Shown here: positions 8,931-18,207 of the stretch, in pieces
Layout of the letters: each line of letters starts with the position of its first letter
How positions within the stretch are numbered: the stretch's first letter is position 1
DNA from: Paracoccaceae bacterium
GTDB lineage: Bacteria > Pseudomonadota > Alphaproteobacteria > MPNO01 > UBA830
Direction: 5' to 3'
Length of the DNA: 64,000 bases
NCBI GenBank assembly: GCA_047638395.1
Contig: JBLIMV010000003.1
Coordinates: 35,299-99,298, forward strand
Made by a program: the position numbers and the translations under genes
Notes under the pieces: generated by a model
What the model was told of the DNA's origin: nothing
What the model saw: the letters and a program-made list of their open reading frames with translations, nothing else
Databases searched by the model: none

Positions 8931-10172
8931 ATGAAATCACGGTATCATCACGAAATCCCCGAACACGACCCGACGCTTACTCATGTCGAGCGCGGCTCTC
9001 CCATGGGCGAAATGCTGCGGCGTTACTGGCAACCTGTCTGTACGACAGACGAGGTAGGCGATCTGCCAAAGCGCGTGCGCATCATGTGCGAAGACCTTGT
9101 CGTGTTCCGTGACGGCGCCGGCAAAACCGGGTGTCTCGAACTGCACTGCCCGCATCGCGGCACATCGCTCGAATGGGGCCGTGTCGAAGAAGACGGGCTG
9201 CGCTGTTGCTATCATGGCTGGAAATTTGCCACCGACGGCCAGTGCATCGACATGGCCTGCGAGACACCGGAATTCCGTGAAAAGATGGATGTCTGGCAAC
9301 CAGGCTATCCGACACATGAATATGGCGGGCTGGTATTCATCTACATGGGCCCACCGGCGGAAATGCCGCTGTTTCCGATGTACGATATTCTGGATACGCG
9401 TTATCGCGACGACGTCGAGCTGCGCGGTATGCGCCTGTGGGAAGACCACGCCATAGGTTACGTGCGGGACTGCAACTGGCTGCAGCACTACGAAAACGTC
9501 ATCGACGCCTACCACCTGCTGATCCTCCATGCCGCGAATTCCGGCGACCAGTTTGGCAGCGTCGTGACCACGACTGGCTGGCCGGATCTCGACTTTGAGG
9601 AAACCGACCTTGGCGTCCGTTACAACATGCGGCGCGATCTGCCCAACGGAAACAGGCTGGAACGCCATGCCGAGGTGGTGCTGCCCAATATCAGCCTGAT
9701 CCCGAGCATCCATGAGCAGGGAACCGACGCAAAACACCAGTCGCGCGCGACCGAAGTGACCTGGTGCGTCCCCGTCGATAACGAACACCTCTACGGCATA
9801 TCCATCGTCGCCTGGCCAAAGGACGCGACAGGCAAGCCTGTGGACGGCTGGAAGCCCGGAACGGACACGGTAACCGACATCCGCCCGGGCAACCTGCGTG
9901 AACGGCCTTATGAAGATAAACAGCGCAGTCCCGACGATATGGAAGCGCAGGAGAGCCAGCGGCCGATTGCCATCCATGCACTCGAGAATCTGGCGACGTC
10001 GGATCGCGGCGTTGTCCTGTTGCGCCGCCAGCTTCGCCGGTCGCTTGACCGCATTGCCGCCGGAAAGGATCCGGCCAATATCATCCGTGACGATGCGGCC
10101 AATCAGGCAATTGAGACCCACGCCTGGAATACCGTCATTCTGCCCAATGCCCCGAGCGAGGCCGCTGAATAG
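8931..10172 (+). CDS. Rieske non-heme iron oxygenase alpha subunit, phthalate 4,5-dioxygenase/LigX O-demethylase-like group
   Basis: Rieske CPHRG...CCYHGW; mononuclear Fe ENVIDAYHLLILH and DMEAQESQ; start 8922 or 8931. Confidence 0.9.
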   Translation: MKSRYHHEIPEHDPTLTHVERGSPMGEMLRRYWQPVCTTDEVGDLPKRVRIMCEDLVVFRDGAGKTGCLELHCPHRGTSLEWGRVEEDGLRCCYHGWKFATDGQCIDMACETPEFREKMDVWQPGYPTHEYGGLVFIYMGPPAEMPLFPMYDILDTRYRDDVELRGMRLWEDHAIGYVRDCNWLQHYENVIDAYHLLILHAANSGDQFGSVVTTTGWPDLDFEETDLGVRYNMRRDLPNGNRLERHAEVVLPNISLIPSIHEQGTDAKHQSRATEVTWCVPVDNEHLYGISIVAWPKDATGKPVDGWKPGTDTVTDIRPGNLRERPYEDKQRSPDDMEAQESQRPIAIHALENLATSDRGVVLLRRQLRRSLDRIAAGKDPANIIRDDAANQAIETHAWNTVILPNAPSEAAE

Positions 10173-10176
10173 CACC

Positions 10177-10509
10177 ATGGCGATCGACACCGACAAATTC
10201 CGGGCATTGCTCGAAGCACGCAAGGCCGAGCTGACGGCATCGATCGAAAATGCGACAGAGTCCGCGGCACCCGTCGAACTGGATCAGCAGGTGCAGGGGC
10301 GGCTATCGCGGATGGATGCGATACAGGGCCAGGCAATGGCCCAGGCGACGATAGAACGCCGCCGCGTTGAGATCGCGCAGATAGACGCGGCTTTCAAGCG
10401 AATGGAAGAAGATGAATTCGGCTATTGCGTGGAGTGCGGTGAGGACATTGCGCCAAAACGCCTCGAATTAAGCCCGGCGATTGCCCGCTGCGTAGAGTGT
10501 GCAGCCTAG
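10177..10509 (+). CDS. TraR/DksA-family C4 zinc-finger protein
   Basis: Coiled coil with GRLSRMDAIQGQAM, then CVECGEDI..KRL...P....CVECA; start ATG 10177. Confidence 0.9.
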   Translation: MAIDTDKFRALLEARKAELTASIENATESAAPVELDQQVQGRLSRMDAIQGQAMAQATIERRRVEIAQIDAAFKRMEEDEFGYCVECGEDIAPKRLELSPAIARCVECAA

Positions 10510-10610
10510 CCAACCGCCGGGGTTTAGCGCCAATCTCGCCCAAATGCCCGCTCCCGCCGAATGCTGCTTACTTCATATAGCGGGGAGACAAGAGGTCATG
10601 GCGCCTGTGT

Positions 10611-11138
10611 CTACTCAGATGCGTCGGCGACCTGGCGCGGCGCACGTTTCGGATCGGTATAGAAAATGTGCTGGCCGATCCGGGCATACCGGTCGAGCTT
10701 CTTTGCCCAGGACGGGCTGACGCTGAGGGCGTGATACCACAGCGCGCCGTTCGTCGGATCGTTGACAGCGCCCGTCTTGATCAGCTTCGCCACATGCATG
10801 CTTTCCTTCCAGGCAGCGCTATCCATCGGCTTGTCGCTGCGACCGTCACACCACCATGAAAACTGGCAGCGGTGACGCTTCTTATAACCACCCTGCTTGA
10901 TCACCGAGCAGACCCGGCGCGGCCAACGGCGGTCCGCGGCGCGGTTGAGGACGACATGAGCGACCGCGACCTTGCCGACCATCGGCTCGCCGCGCGCCTC
11001 ATGATAGATGTTCTGCGCCAGGCAATGAACGTCGGGGCTGATGCCCGCCTTTTTATCAGCGCCAAGGTTCTTGGCCGATACATCTGCCGTTGCCGCGACA
11101 ACCGCGAGAGAAAGAATAGCTGCTGTTAAATATCGCAT
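10611..11138 (-). CDS. SleB-like cell wall hydrolase, secreted
   Basis: Signal peptide; CLAQNIYHEARGEP..GKVAVAHVVLNR with catalytic Glu; CQFSWWCDG; HIFY. Confidence 0.92.
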   Translation of the reverse strand: MRYLTAAILSLAVVAATADVSAKNLGADKKAGISPDVHCLAQNIYHEARGEPMVGKVAVAHVVLNRAADRRWPRRVCSVIKQGGYKKRHRCQFSWWCDGRSDKPMDSAAWKESMHVAKLIKTGAVNDPTNGALWYHALSVSPSWAKKLDRYARIGQHIFYTDPKRAPRQVADASE

Positions 11139-11200
11139 CTCATCACCTGCTTTGTTAACCGTGTCCGCCGGTTAATAACCGTCCTGTCAGCAGGTAATGT

Positions 11201-11350
11201 GTGTTTTATACTTAGTTAACTTCAACAACTATTGTATTTCATTTTAATATTAATTTATGAAAATTAACTATACTCACGAATTTACCTCTTCAAAATCAAT
11301 GACATAGAAAATGCCTGTTTTTTGATCAAATTTTATTTTAATTATTTGTC
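11201..11350. promoter_or_regulatory. AT-rich (about 21% GC) region upstream of the cell wall hydrolase with CtrA-like sites
   Basis: 32 G+C in 150 nt by hand count; TTTA-N7-TTAAC (11205-11220) and TTAA-N7-TTAT (11244-11258), each one mismatch from TTAA-N7-TTAA. Confidence 0.4.
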
Positions 11351-11427
11351 TGTTTTGCGGCGCGGCGTGACCCGAAAAACAGGGTTAACGCGCGCCGGGA
11401 AAACGGCACCGCCCGCGCGCCAAAAGG

Positions 11428-13143
11428 TTAACGTTTACGCCGCTCCGCCGTCGCCGCGTGATCAACCTGGCTGTCGACAACCACGACACCGTATTTGGCC
11501 TCGGCGGCGGCGGTCGACAGGTAACCGTCCCGGACATCCTGCAGAACACGGGCGGTATCGCGGTCGAACGGATCGCCATACCCGCTGCCGCCGGTCTGCT
11601 GCAGGCGCACAACCGTCCCTGCGGATATTTCGCGGGTATCGAGCGCTGCAAGTTCGATCGCATCCGGTGTGTCAGGGTTGATCGATGTAACGCAGACCGG
11701 TGGCCCCTCGCCGCCGGCAACGCCCCACCCCGGCTGTTCGTGGTTCGCGGTGCGGGCGGTCAGGATCACATCGGACATCATTTCGTATTCGCGCACAAAA
11801 CCAATTCCGCCGCGGGTCCGACCGGCACCCGCCGAATCCTGCCAGATATCGAACTTGCGAATACGGATCGGATATTCGGTCTCGACGATCTCGACGGGCG
11901 TCGACGGCGTAAAGTGACACATCCCCATGACCATGGGCGTGCCGTCATGTTCTGCGGTCCCGCCGAGCGATGTCACCATCAGTTCATACTGCACGGTGGG
12001 TTTGCCGTTGCGGCCTTCCTTGTAGCCAATTGCAATTGCCCCGTTGCCGAGCCCGGGCGGTGCCACCGCACGGGCCGGGTTCAGCTTGCCGAGCGCCGCG
12101 ACGACACAGGCATAGGCGAGATGCGATGTCGGAAAGTAATGGTTTACCGTCGCCGGATAGGTCGGGCTGACCACCTTGCCGTCGGGCAGCACGAAATCCA
12201 GTGCATCGAACGCCCCCGCATTGACCGGGATCGTCGGATCGGACGCGGCGATGGTCGCCAGCAGCGACACCGCCTTGCAGGTCTGCGCCGGCGTATTAAT
12301 CGGCCCTTTGGTTTGCGGATCCGATCCGGAGAAGTCGATGGTGAGCCTGTCTCCCTTCTTGATCGTCCGGACATGGATTTTGACAGGTGTGTTCAGATCG
12401 GCCCCGTCATGATCCATAAAGCCTTCGGCCTCGGCCTCACCATCCGGCCACGAAGAAATTTCCGCCTTTACCCGCTTGCGCGTGCGGTCGATCAGGCTCT
12501 GCATGGCTTCGACCAGTGTATCGACACCGTATTCATCGGACAGCGCGACCAACCGGTCCGCGCCAAGCCGGGTAGACCCGACCTGTCCGCGCAGATCGCC
12601 GACAACCACGTCTGGCACACGGCTGTTTGTGCGGATGATGTTCTCGATCTCCGGCACCACCCCGTCTTCGGTCCAGTAGCGCACCGGGGGCAGGCGCAGC
12701 CCGTCGTGAAATATCTCACGCGATGCTGCGCCAGACGACCCGGGCACCAGCCCGCCGAGGTCCGCCTTATGCGCGACCGACACACCGAAGGCGATCCGTC
12801 GCCCGTGATAGAAGACAGGCGTCAGCACAACCATATCCGGCACGTGGCTGTTCCCGGCCTGATAGGGATCGTTGCTGACAAAACTGTCGCCGTCGCGCAT
12901 GGCATCGCCCGGATAAGCGGCCAGCAGGCTTTCGACGGCCTTCGTATAGAGCATCGAGTGATACTGGATACCGCCGCCGACCATGATGACCTGGCCGTCG
13001 GCATCGGTCAGCCCGGCCGTCCCGTCCTGGCTTTCGCGCAGGATCGGCGAATAGCCGGAATGAAACAGCGCATGGGCCATCGCCTCCGTGGTTTCACGAA
13101 CCCGGCTGAGGACAACTTCCGTGGTGATCGGGTCGAGACTCAT
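11428..13143 (-). CDS. Hydantoinase B/oxoprolinase-family protein
   Basis: MSLDPITTEVV..., SPILRESQD, NDPYQAGNSHVPD, HKADLGG..PGS, EIFHDGLRLPP, GGSGYGDP; ATGA overlap with the A subunit. Confidence 0.93.
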   Translation of the reverse strand: MSLDPITTEVVLSRVRETTEAMAHALFHSGYSPILRESQDGTAGLTDADGQVIMVGGGIQYHSMLYTKAVESLLAAYPGDAMRDGDSFVSNDPYQAGNSHVPDMVVLTPVFYHGRRIAFGVSVAHKADLGGLVPGSSGAASREIFHDGLRLPPVRYWTEDGVVPEIENIIRTNSRVPDVVVGDLRGQVGSTRLGADRLVALSDEYGVDTLVEAMQSLIDRTRKRVKAEISSWPDGEAEAEGFMDHDGADLNTPVKIHVRTIKKGDRLTIDFSGSDPQTKGPINTPAQTCKAVSLLATIAASDPTIPVNAGAFDALDFVLPDGKVVSPTYPATVNHYFPTSHLAYACVVAALGKLNPARAVAPPGLGNGAIAIGYKEGRNGKPTVQYELMVTSLGGTAEHDGTPMVMGMCHFTPSTPVEIVETEYPIRIRKFDIWQDSAGAGRTRGGIGFVREYEMMSDVILTARTANHEQPGWGVAGGEGPPVCVTSINPDTPDAIELAALDTREISAGTVVRLQQTGGSGYGDPFDRDTARVLQDVRDGYLSTAAAEAKYGVVVVDSQVDHAATAERRKR

Positions 13144-15212
13144 ATCGCTTCTCCCGTCTCGATGATCAGGTTCCCCCAAGGGTCCACGACGCAGGACATC
13201 CCCGCCAGAATGACGGTCGTGGAATCGAATTGCTGAACGACTGCCGGCCCGTCGAACCGGTCGCCGGACCGGAGCTTCGCGCGGTCATAGATTGCCGCAT
13301 CCATAAACCGTACCGTCTCCAGATCATAAAGCGGCCGCGTCGCGATTTGCGCGCCCGAGGCATCTCCGCCATCTGCGAGGGGCCGCAGCGCAAGCCGGGG
13401 CACAGCGATTTCCGCAATGACCCGGAACGTCACAACTTCGGCGTCCTCATCCGGCGCACTGGCGCCATAGACCCGCTGATGGGCTTCATCGAAACCCGTT
13501 TTCAGAGCCGGCTTGTCGGATTCCGACAGCGCACCTGCCGGGCACACCACCGGCAACTGATACCCCTGATGCTGGTAGCGCATATCGATCTGGCGGCTGA
13601 CGGCAACCTGATCGGGCGTAAAGCCTTCTTCGGTTACATCTTCGGTCGCCCGTGCTTCAAGCCCGGCAAATATCTCGTTCATCCGCGCAGGCGTGACGTC
13701 GGACAGCCGGGCGACAGAAGACTGCACGTAGACATGACGCACGGACGTCTGGAGCAGCCCCATCGCGCTGTTCAGGCCGGGATAAAGCGGCGCAAGGACT
13801 TTCGGTATTTTGAGATCGCGTGCGAGCAGCGTCGAATGCAGCGGCCCCGCACCGCCAAAGGCGGCCAGCATGTATTTGCGCGGATCTTCGCCAAGCGACT
13901 GGAAGGCAAGACGCAGGTCGACCGCCATATTCGTGTTCACGATCCGCAGAATGCCGGCCGCGGCCTCTACCACGGTGAGACCCAGCGGATCAGCGACATG
14001 TGTTCTGACGGCAGATTCCGCAGCCGACGTATCGAGCGTCATCCGCCCGCCAAGCACGTTGTCGGATGCCAGCGCGCCGAGCACCAGATTGGCATCGGTC
14101 ACGGTCGGCAGCTCCCCGCCCCGTCCGTAGCAGGCGGGCCCCGGTATGGCGCCAGCGCTTTCGGGACCGACCTTCAGCAGACCGTCAGGGCCAATGCGGG
14201 CAATCGTGCCGCCACCGGCCCCCAGCGTGCGGACCTGCAGCATCGGCGTGCCGATATCCTGACCGGCGATTTTCCCTTCATTGGTCTCCGCCGCGCGGCC
14301 ACCGGTAATCATGGCGATATCGGTCGAGGTGCCACCCATATCGAGCGTGACGATCTCGGGCTGGCCCGTTATGCGGGCAAGTTCCTCGCCCGCGACAACG
14401 CCCCCTGCCGGGCCTGACAGCAGCGTCTGGTTGGGGAAACGCGCACCGATGGTAATCCGCATCAGCCCGCCATTGGACTGCATCAGAAAGACCTGCGGTG
14501 TCTCAACGCCCCGGTCGATCAATCTATCGGATAGTCGTTCCAGATAGCGCTGCATGATCGGCCCGACATAGGCGTCGATCACCGTCGTCGACTGGCGCGG
14601 GTATTCGCGGATGGTCGGCAGCACGACCGATGACAGCGAGACCCGCCAGTCATCCGATTCCTCGGCAAGAATTTCTGCCGTGCGTTGTTCGTGCGCCGCA
14701 TTCTGGAAACTGAACAGGTAGCTGACCGCGACGGATTCCACGCCTTCTGCTTTGAGCGCCCGCGCGGCAGCGCGCACGGCATCTTCATCGAGGGCCTCCA
14801 GTTCGGCGCCCTGGTAATCCATACGCCCCGGGATGCCATGCGTCAGCGATTGCGGTGCCAGCAGCGGCGGCTTCCGATAGAACGGATCGATCAGTTCGGT
14901 CGCCTCGGGACGCGCCCAGCCACGCGCCTCATAGACCGCCCGAAAACCGTCCGTAATCAGCAGACCGGTTTTGACGCCCTTGCCTTCGAGAATGGCGTTG
15001 GTGGCAACGGTCGTCCCATGCACAAGCGACGCGATGTCCCCCGGCGCAATGCCCAGTTCAAACAGCTCGCCCAGCGCGGACATGACCGCATTCGACGGAT
15101 CGGACGGGTCGGATGACACCTTGGCGACGTGCAATTCGCCACTTTCAATCTCGAACGCGATCAGGTCGGTAAACGTACCGCCCGTATCGATCCCGACCAT
15201 CCACGAAGGCAT
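13140..15212 (-). CDS. Hydantoinase A/oxoprolinase-family protein (ATP-binding subunit)
   Basis: GIDTGGTFTD, HGTTVATNAILE, SGPAGGV, DMGGTSTD, GAGGG, PGPACYGRGG, FGGAGPLH. Confidence 0.93.
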   Translation of the reverse strand: MPSWMVGIDTGGTFTDLIAFEIESGELHVAKVSSDPSDPSNAVMSALGELFELGIAPGDIASLVHGTTVATNAILEGKGVKTGLLITDGFRAVYEARGWARPEATELIDPFYRKPPLLAPQSLTHGIPGRMDYQGAELEALDEDAVRAAARALKAEGVESVAVSYLFSFQNAAHEQRTAEILAEESDDWRVSLSSVVLPTIREYPRQSTTVIDAYVGPIMQRYLERLSDRLIDRGVETPQVFLMQSNGGLMRITIGARFPNQTLLSGPAGGVVAGEELARITGQPEIVTLDMGGTSTDIAMITGGRAAETNEGKIAGQDIGTPMLQVRTLGAGGGTIARIGPDGLLKVGPESAGAIPGPACYGRGGELPTVTDANLVLGALASDNVLGGRMTLDTSAAESAVRTHVADPLGLTVVEAAAGILRIVNTNMAVDLRLAFQSLGEDPRKYMLAAFGGAGPLHSTLLARDLKIPKVLAPLYPGLNSAMGLLQTSVRHVYVQSSVARLSDVTPARMNEIFAGLEARATEDVTEEGFTPDQVAVSRQIDMRYQHQGYQLPVVCPAGALSESDKPALKTGFDEAHQRVYGASAPDEDAEVVTFRVIAEIAVPRLALRPLADGGDASGAQIATRPLYDLETVRFMDAAIYDRAKLRSGDRFDGPAVVQQFDSTTVILAGMSCVVDPWGNLIIETGEAI

Positions 15213-15227
15213 GACCGCGTCTCCCTG

Positions 15228-16343
15228 CTAGGTGGTGGATGCCGCGTCGATATGAACATGGACGGCTTCCGCCCCATCGACGACCTCCCGGCCCAGAACC
15301 TTCACGGCCATATCAGCCTGGTCGACCGGATAGTGATGGGTGCAAAGCTTTTTCAGCGTGTCGCCTTTGCGGCGAATGATATCGATGGATTTTTCAACCG
15401 ACGACCACGACGAGGACAATACGCCGAGCATGGCGATTTCCTTGGTAATCAGTTTGTCGGAAACAAAATCGGGGATCGGCGCGAAGCTTTTGAGCCCGGC
15501 GACGACGACCTTGCCGCCCGGCCGCACCATTTCTATCGCGTCCGTGATCGGCTTGGTCGCGAATGAAGAGACATCGACAACGATGTCGGCAAGTTTGCCA
15601 TTCGTCAGTTCGATGACCTGCTCGACAGGGTCGTGATCGTCGACGACGATGGTCGCGTCCGCACCGAGTTCGCGTGCCAGAGACAGACGCAGCGTATCGT
15701 CCTTCGTCCCTGTCACGATGATCTGTCCGGCGCCTGCTTCACGCGCGGCAACCACCGCCAGCAGGCCGCGCTGCCCCGGCCCCTCGATGACGATGGTATC
15801 GCCGATACCCGTCTCAGGACGTTCCACCGCCCAGCGGACGGCGTTCGACATCGGATTGAACAGGCTCATGATATCGGTCGGCACATCAGACGGCGCTTTG
15901 TGCAGCGTCGCCCCCGGATGCAGGTACATATGGGTCGCATAGCCGCCCCACAGATGCGGTGCATTGTCGAAGCCCATGCGCAGACCATAGCCCATGCCGT
16001 TCTTGCACAGCACCGGCCGGCCGACCTGGCACTGGAAGCACTGCCCGCAGGGGATGGACGCCTCGACGGTGACGCGGTCCCCCTCTTTGACGTCCCAGCG
16101 CTTTGCCGCTTCGGGGCCGACCTTGTCGATCCAGCCGAGAATTTCGTGCCCGGGAATGATCGGGCGAACCGACCACGGCGTGTTGTCGAGATGGCCGAGA
16201 TACTGTTCCCAGTCGGTCCCGCAAAGCCCCGCGGCTTCGACGCGCAGGATGCCCTCATCGGGACCGATCTCCGGAATTGCGACTTCCCGGTAGTCGAACG
16301 TGCGTGGTTCGGTCAGTACCGCGACCTTGGCCATCTCCGCCAT
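15228..16343 (-). CDS. Zinc-binding (MDR) dehydrogenase
   Basis: LCGTD, GHE, structural Zn CGQCFQC-x7-C, GPGQRG Rossmann variant. Confidence 0.9.
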   Translation of the reverse strand: MAEMAKVAVLTEPRTFDYREVAIPEIGPDEGILRVEAAGLCGTDWEQYLGHLDNTPWSVRPIIPGHEILGWIDKVGPEAAKRWDVKEGDRVTVEASIPCGQCFQCQVGRPVLCKNGMGYGLRMGFDNAPHLWGGYATHMYLHPGATLHKAPSDVPTDIMSLFNPMSNAVRWAVERPETGIGDTIVIEGPGQRGLLAVVAAREAGAGQIIVTGTKDDTLRLSLARELGADATIVVDDHDPVEQVIELTNGKLADIVVDVSSFATKPITDAIEMVRPGGKVVVAGLKSFAPIPDFVSDKLITKEIAMLGVLSSSWSSVEKSIDIIRRKGDTLKKLCTHHYPVDQADMAVKVLGREVVDGAEAVHVHIDAASTT

Positions 16344-16568
16344 GTCTCATCCTCCCGCTGCGGCTGTTCGCCGCTTTTTTGCATAGATTACTAACGATCC
16401 TGCCACCCACAGGGTCGTCATGCAACGGGAGGTCCATCCGACGTTGCGAGTTTACGCGCTCACCGGGACAGGCTCCCCGGTGACACCAGGTTCAAGGCTT
16501 TCGGCGCGCGCCCCTGTTGCCGTATAGTTCTCGTATTCCGCCGGAACACCAGAATTGGACGACATCCG

Positions 16569-17435
16569 ATGACCAAACCGTGCCCTGGGCCCGTCCCCGC
16601 CTCACCGCCGAAACTGCAAGTCCCGCCAGGTGCCTGTGACACGCACGCGCATATCGTCGGGCCGTTCGACCGGTTTCCACTCGCCGAAGAACGCGGATAT
16701 ACGCCGCCGGTTTCCGATCTCGCGGCATTTGAGACGTTTCAGAAGACTCTCGGCATCGACCGCGCGGTCATCGTGCATCCAAGCTGCTACGGCACGCAAA
16801 TGGACATCACCGTGGATGCTGTGACCCGCATGGGTGACCGTGCCCGCGGGATTGCCGTGGTTGAGCCGTCCATCACAGACGCGGAGCTGGATCGTCTTAA
16901 CGAGGTTGGGTTTCGCGGATTGCGATTTACGACATTGCTCAAAGGCGGTGCCGATGTCGGCGGCATTACGGCGATGGCAGAGCGCATCAAGCGCCTCGGC
17001 TGGCATATCCAGATGTTCATCGATGCCGAAAATCAGCTCCTCGATCTGTTACCTGCCCTGAAAGCCCTGCCGGTCGACCTCGTTCTTGATCACATGGGAC
17101 ACTTCCAGCCGGAAGCCGGCGTCGACCATCCGGCATTTCAGGCGATGCTTGATCTCGTCCGGGACGGCCGGTGCTGGGTGAAATTGTCCGGCGCCTATCG
17201 TGCATCAGGCGACGCACCCGGCTGGGCCGATATGACGGCTTACGCCACCACGCTGATCGAGACCCGCGCCGACCGGATGGTCTGGGCAACCGACTGGCCG
17301 CACGTGATGTTGTGGGACAAGCCGATGCCCGAAGGCGCCGACCTGCTCGACTGGGCTCTGTCATGGAATGTGGATGAAACCACGATGAAACAGATCATGG
17401 TCGATAATCCTGCGGCGCTTTACGGCTTCGCTTAA
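16569..17435 (+). CDS. Amidohydrolase_2-family lactonase, LigI (2-pyrone-4,6-dicarboxylate hydrolase)-like
   Basis: PPGACDTHAHI, RAVIVHPSCYG, GFRGLRF, LDHMG, WVKLSGAYR, WATDWPH. Confidence 0.85.
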   Translation: MTKPCPGPVPASPPKLQVPPGACDTHAHIVGPFDRFPLAEERGYTPPVSDLAAFETFQKTLGIDRAVIVHPSCYGTQMDITVDAVTRMGDRARGIAVVEPSITDAELDRLNEVGFRGLRFTTLLKGGADVGGITAMAERIKRLGWHIQMFIDAENQLLDLLPALKALPVDLVLDHMGHFQPEAGVDHPAFQAMLDLVRDGRCWVKLSGAYRASGDAPGWADMTAYATTLIETRADRMVWATDWPHVMLWDKPMPEGADLLDWALSWNVDETTMKQIMVDNPAALYGFA

Positions 17436-18115
17436 GACGCCTGTTTCAGCGGCACGATGCACTCGGCATCGTCATTGCGGACATTATTGACCCGGGTCGA
17501 CACCCGGTAGAACGCCATTTCATCCGGCGGAAAAGCCCGTATGACATTTGCCGCCTCGGCCGGGTTGCCCGTCAGCCAGCGGTCGAAATCCGCCGGGTCG
17601 ACGATCACCGGCATACGGTGGTGAATCGGGGCGATCTTCGCATTCGCATCCGTCGTGATGATTGTATAGGTCTCAACCGTCTCGCCGGCGTTATCGGCGC
17701 CTTCCGGCGCGGCCCAGGATTCCCACAGCCCCGCAAACACAAACGGCCCACCACCCTGGAAACCGATACGGTACGGCTGTTTGATATCGTCTTCCTTGCG
17801 CCATTCGTAGAACCCGTCGACCGGTATCAGGCAACGACGTTCCTGGTAGGCATCGCGGAAGGACGGTTTCTGCGCAACCGTTTCGCCCCGGGCATTGATC
17901 AGCTTGGACGCGCCCGACATGTCCTTCGACCATGACGGAATCAATCCCCAGCGCAGCATATCTATTTTCCGCCCGCCACCCCCGTCGGACCGCACCACCG
18001 GTGCCATCTGGGTCGGCGCAATATTGAAGCGGGGCTCCAGATTCGGCGTGACCTTGAAATTGATCAGCGTCCGCAGCATCTCGGGTGTTATCGTCAGTGT
18101 ATATCTTCCGCACAT
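17432..18115 (-). CDS. yedK: SRAP/YedK abasic-site-processing protein (SOS response-associated peptidase family)
   Basis: MCGRY with Cys2, RFNIAPTQ, RWGLIPSW, INARGET, RRCLIPVDGFYEW, HHRMPVI. Confidence 0.95.
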   Translation of the reverse strand: MCGRYTLTITPEMLRTLINFKVTPNLEPRFNIAPTQMAPVVRSDGGGGRKIDMLRWGLIPSWSKDMSGASKLINARGETVAQKPSFRDAYQERRCLIPVDGFYEWRKEDDIKQPYRIGFQGGGPFVFAGLWESWAAPEGADNAGETVETYTIITTDANAKIAPIHHRMPVIVDPADFDRWLTGNPAEAANVIRAFPPDEMAFYRVSTRVNNVRNDDAECIVPLKQAS

Positions 18116-18207
18116 AGCGTCATTTTAACCTATCGATCGACCGCGCGCCCGTATTGTCGCTGTCGTCACGCCCCCTTATGATGCACCACCGATTTATGGG
18201 AGTTTTC

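Noticed and set aside
16421-16436. Sigma54-like TGGACCTCCCGTTGCA (minus strand) upstream of adh-hyuAB
   Set aside because: Spacing is correct but 3 of 4 CACG positions mismatch; too weak without TSS data
17432-18115. SRAP gene as a marker of a prophage or SOS mutagenesis cassette
   Set aside because: No phage genes, imuABC/umuDC or recognisable LexA box nearby; the neighbours are housekeeping genes
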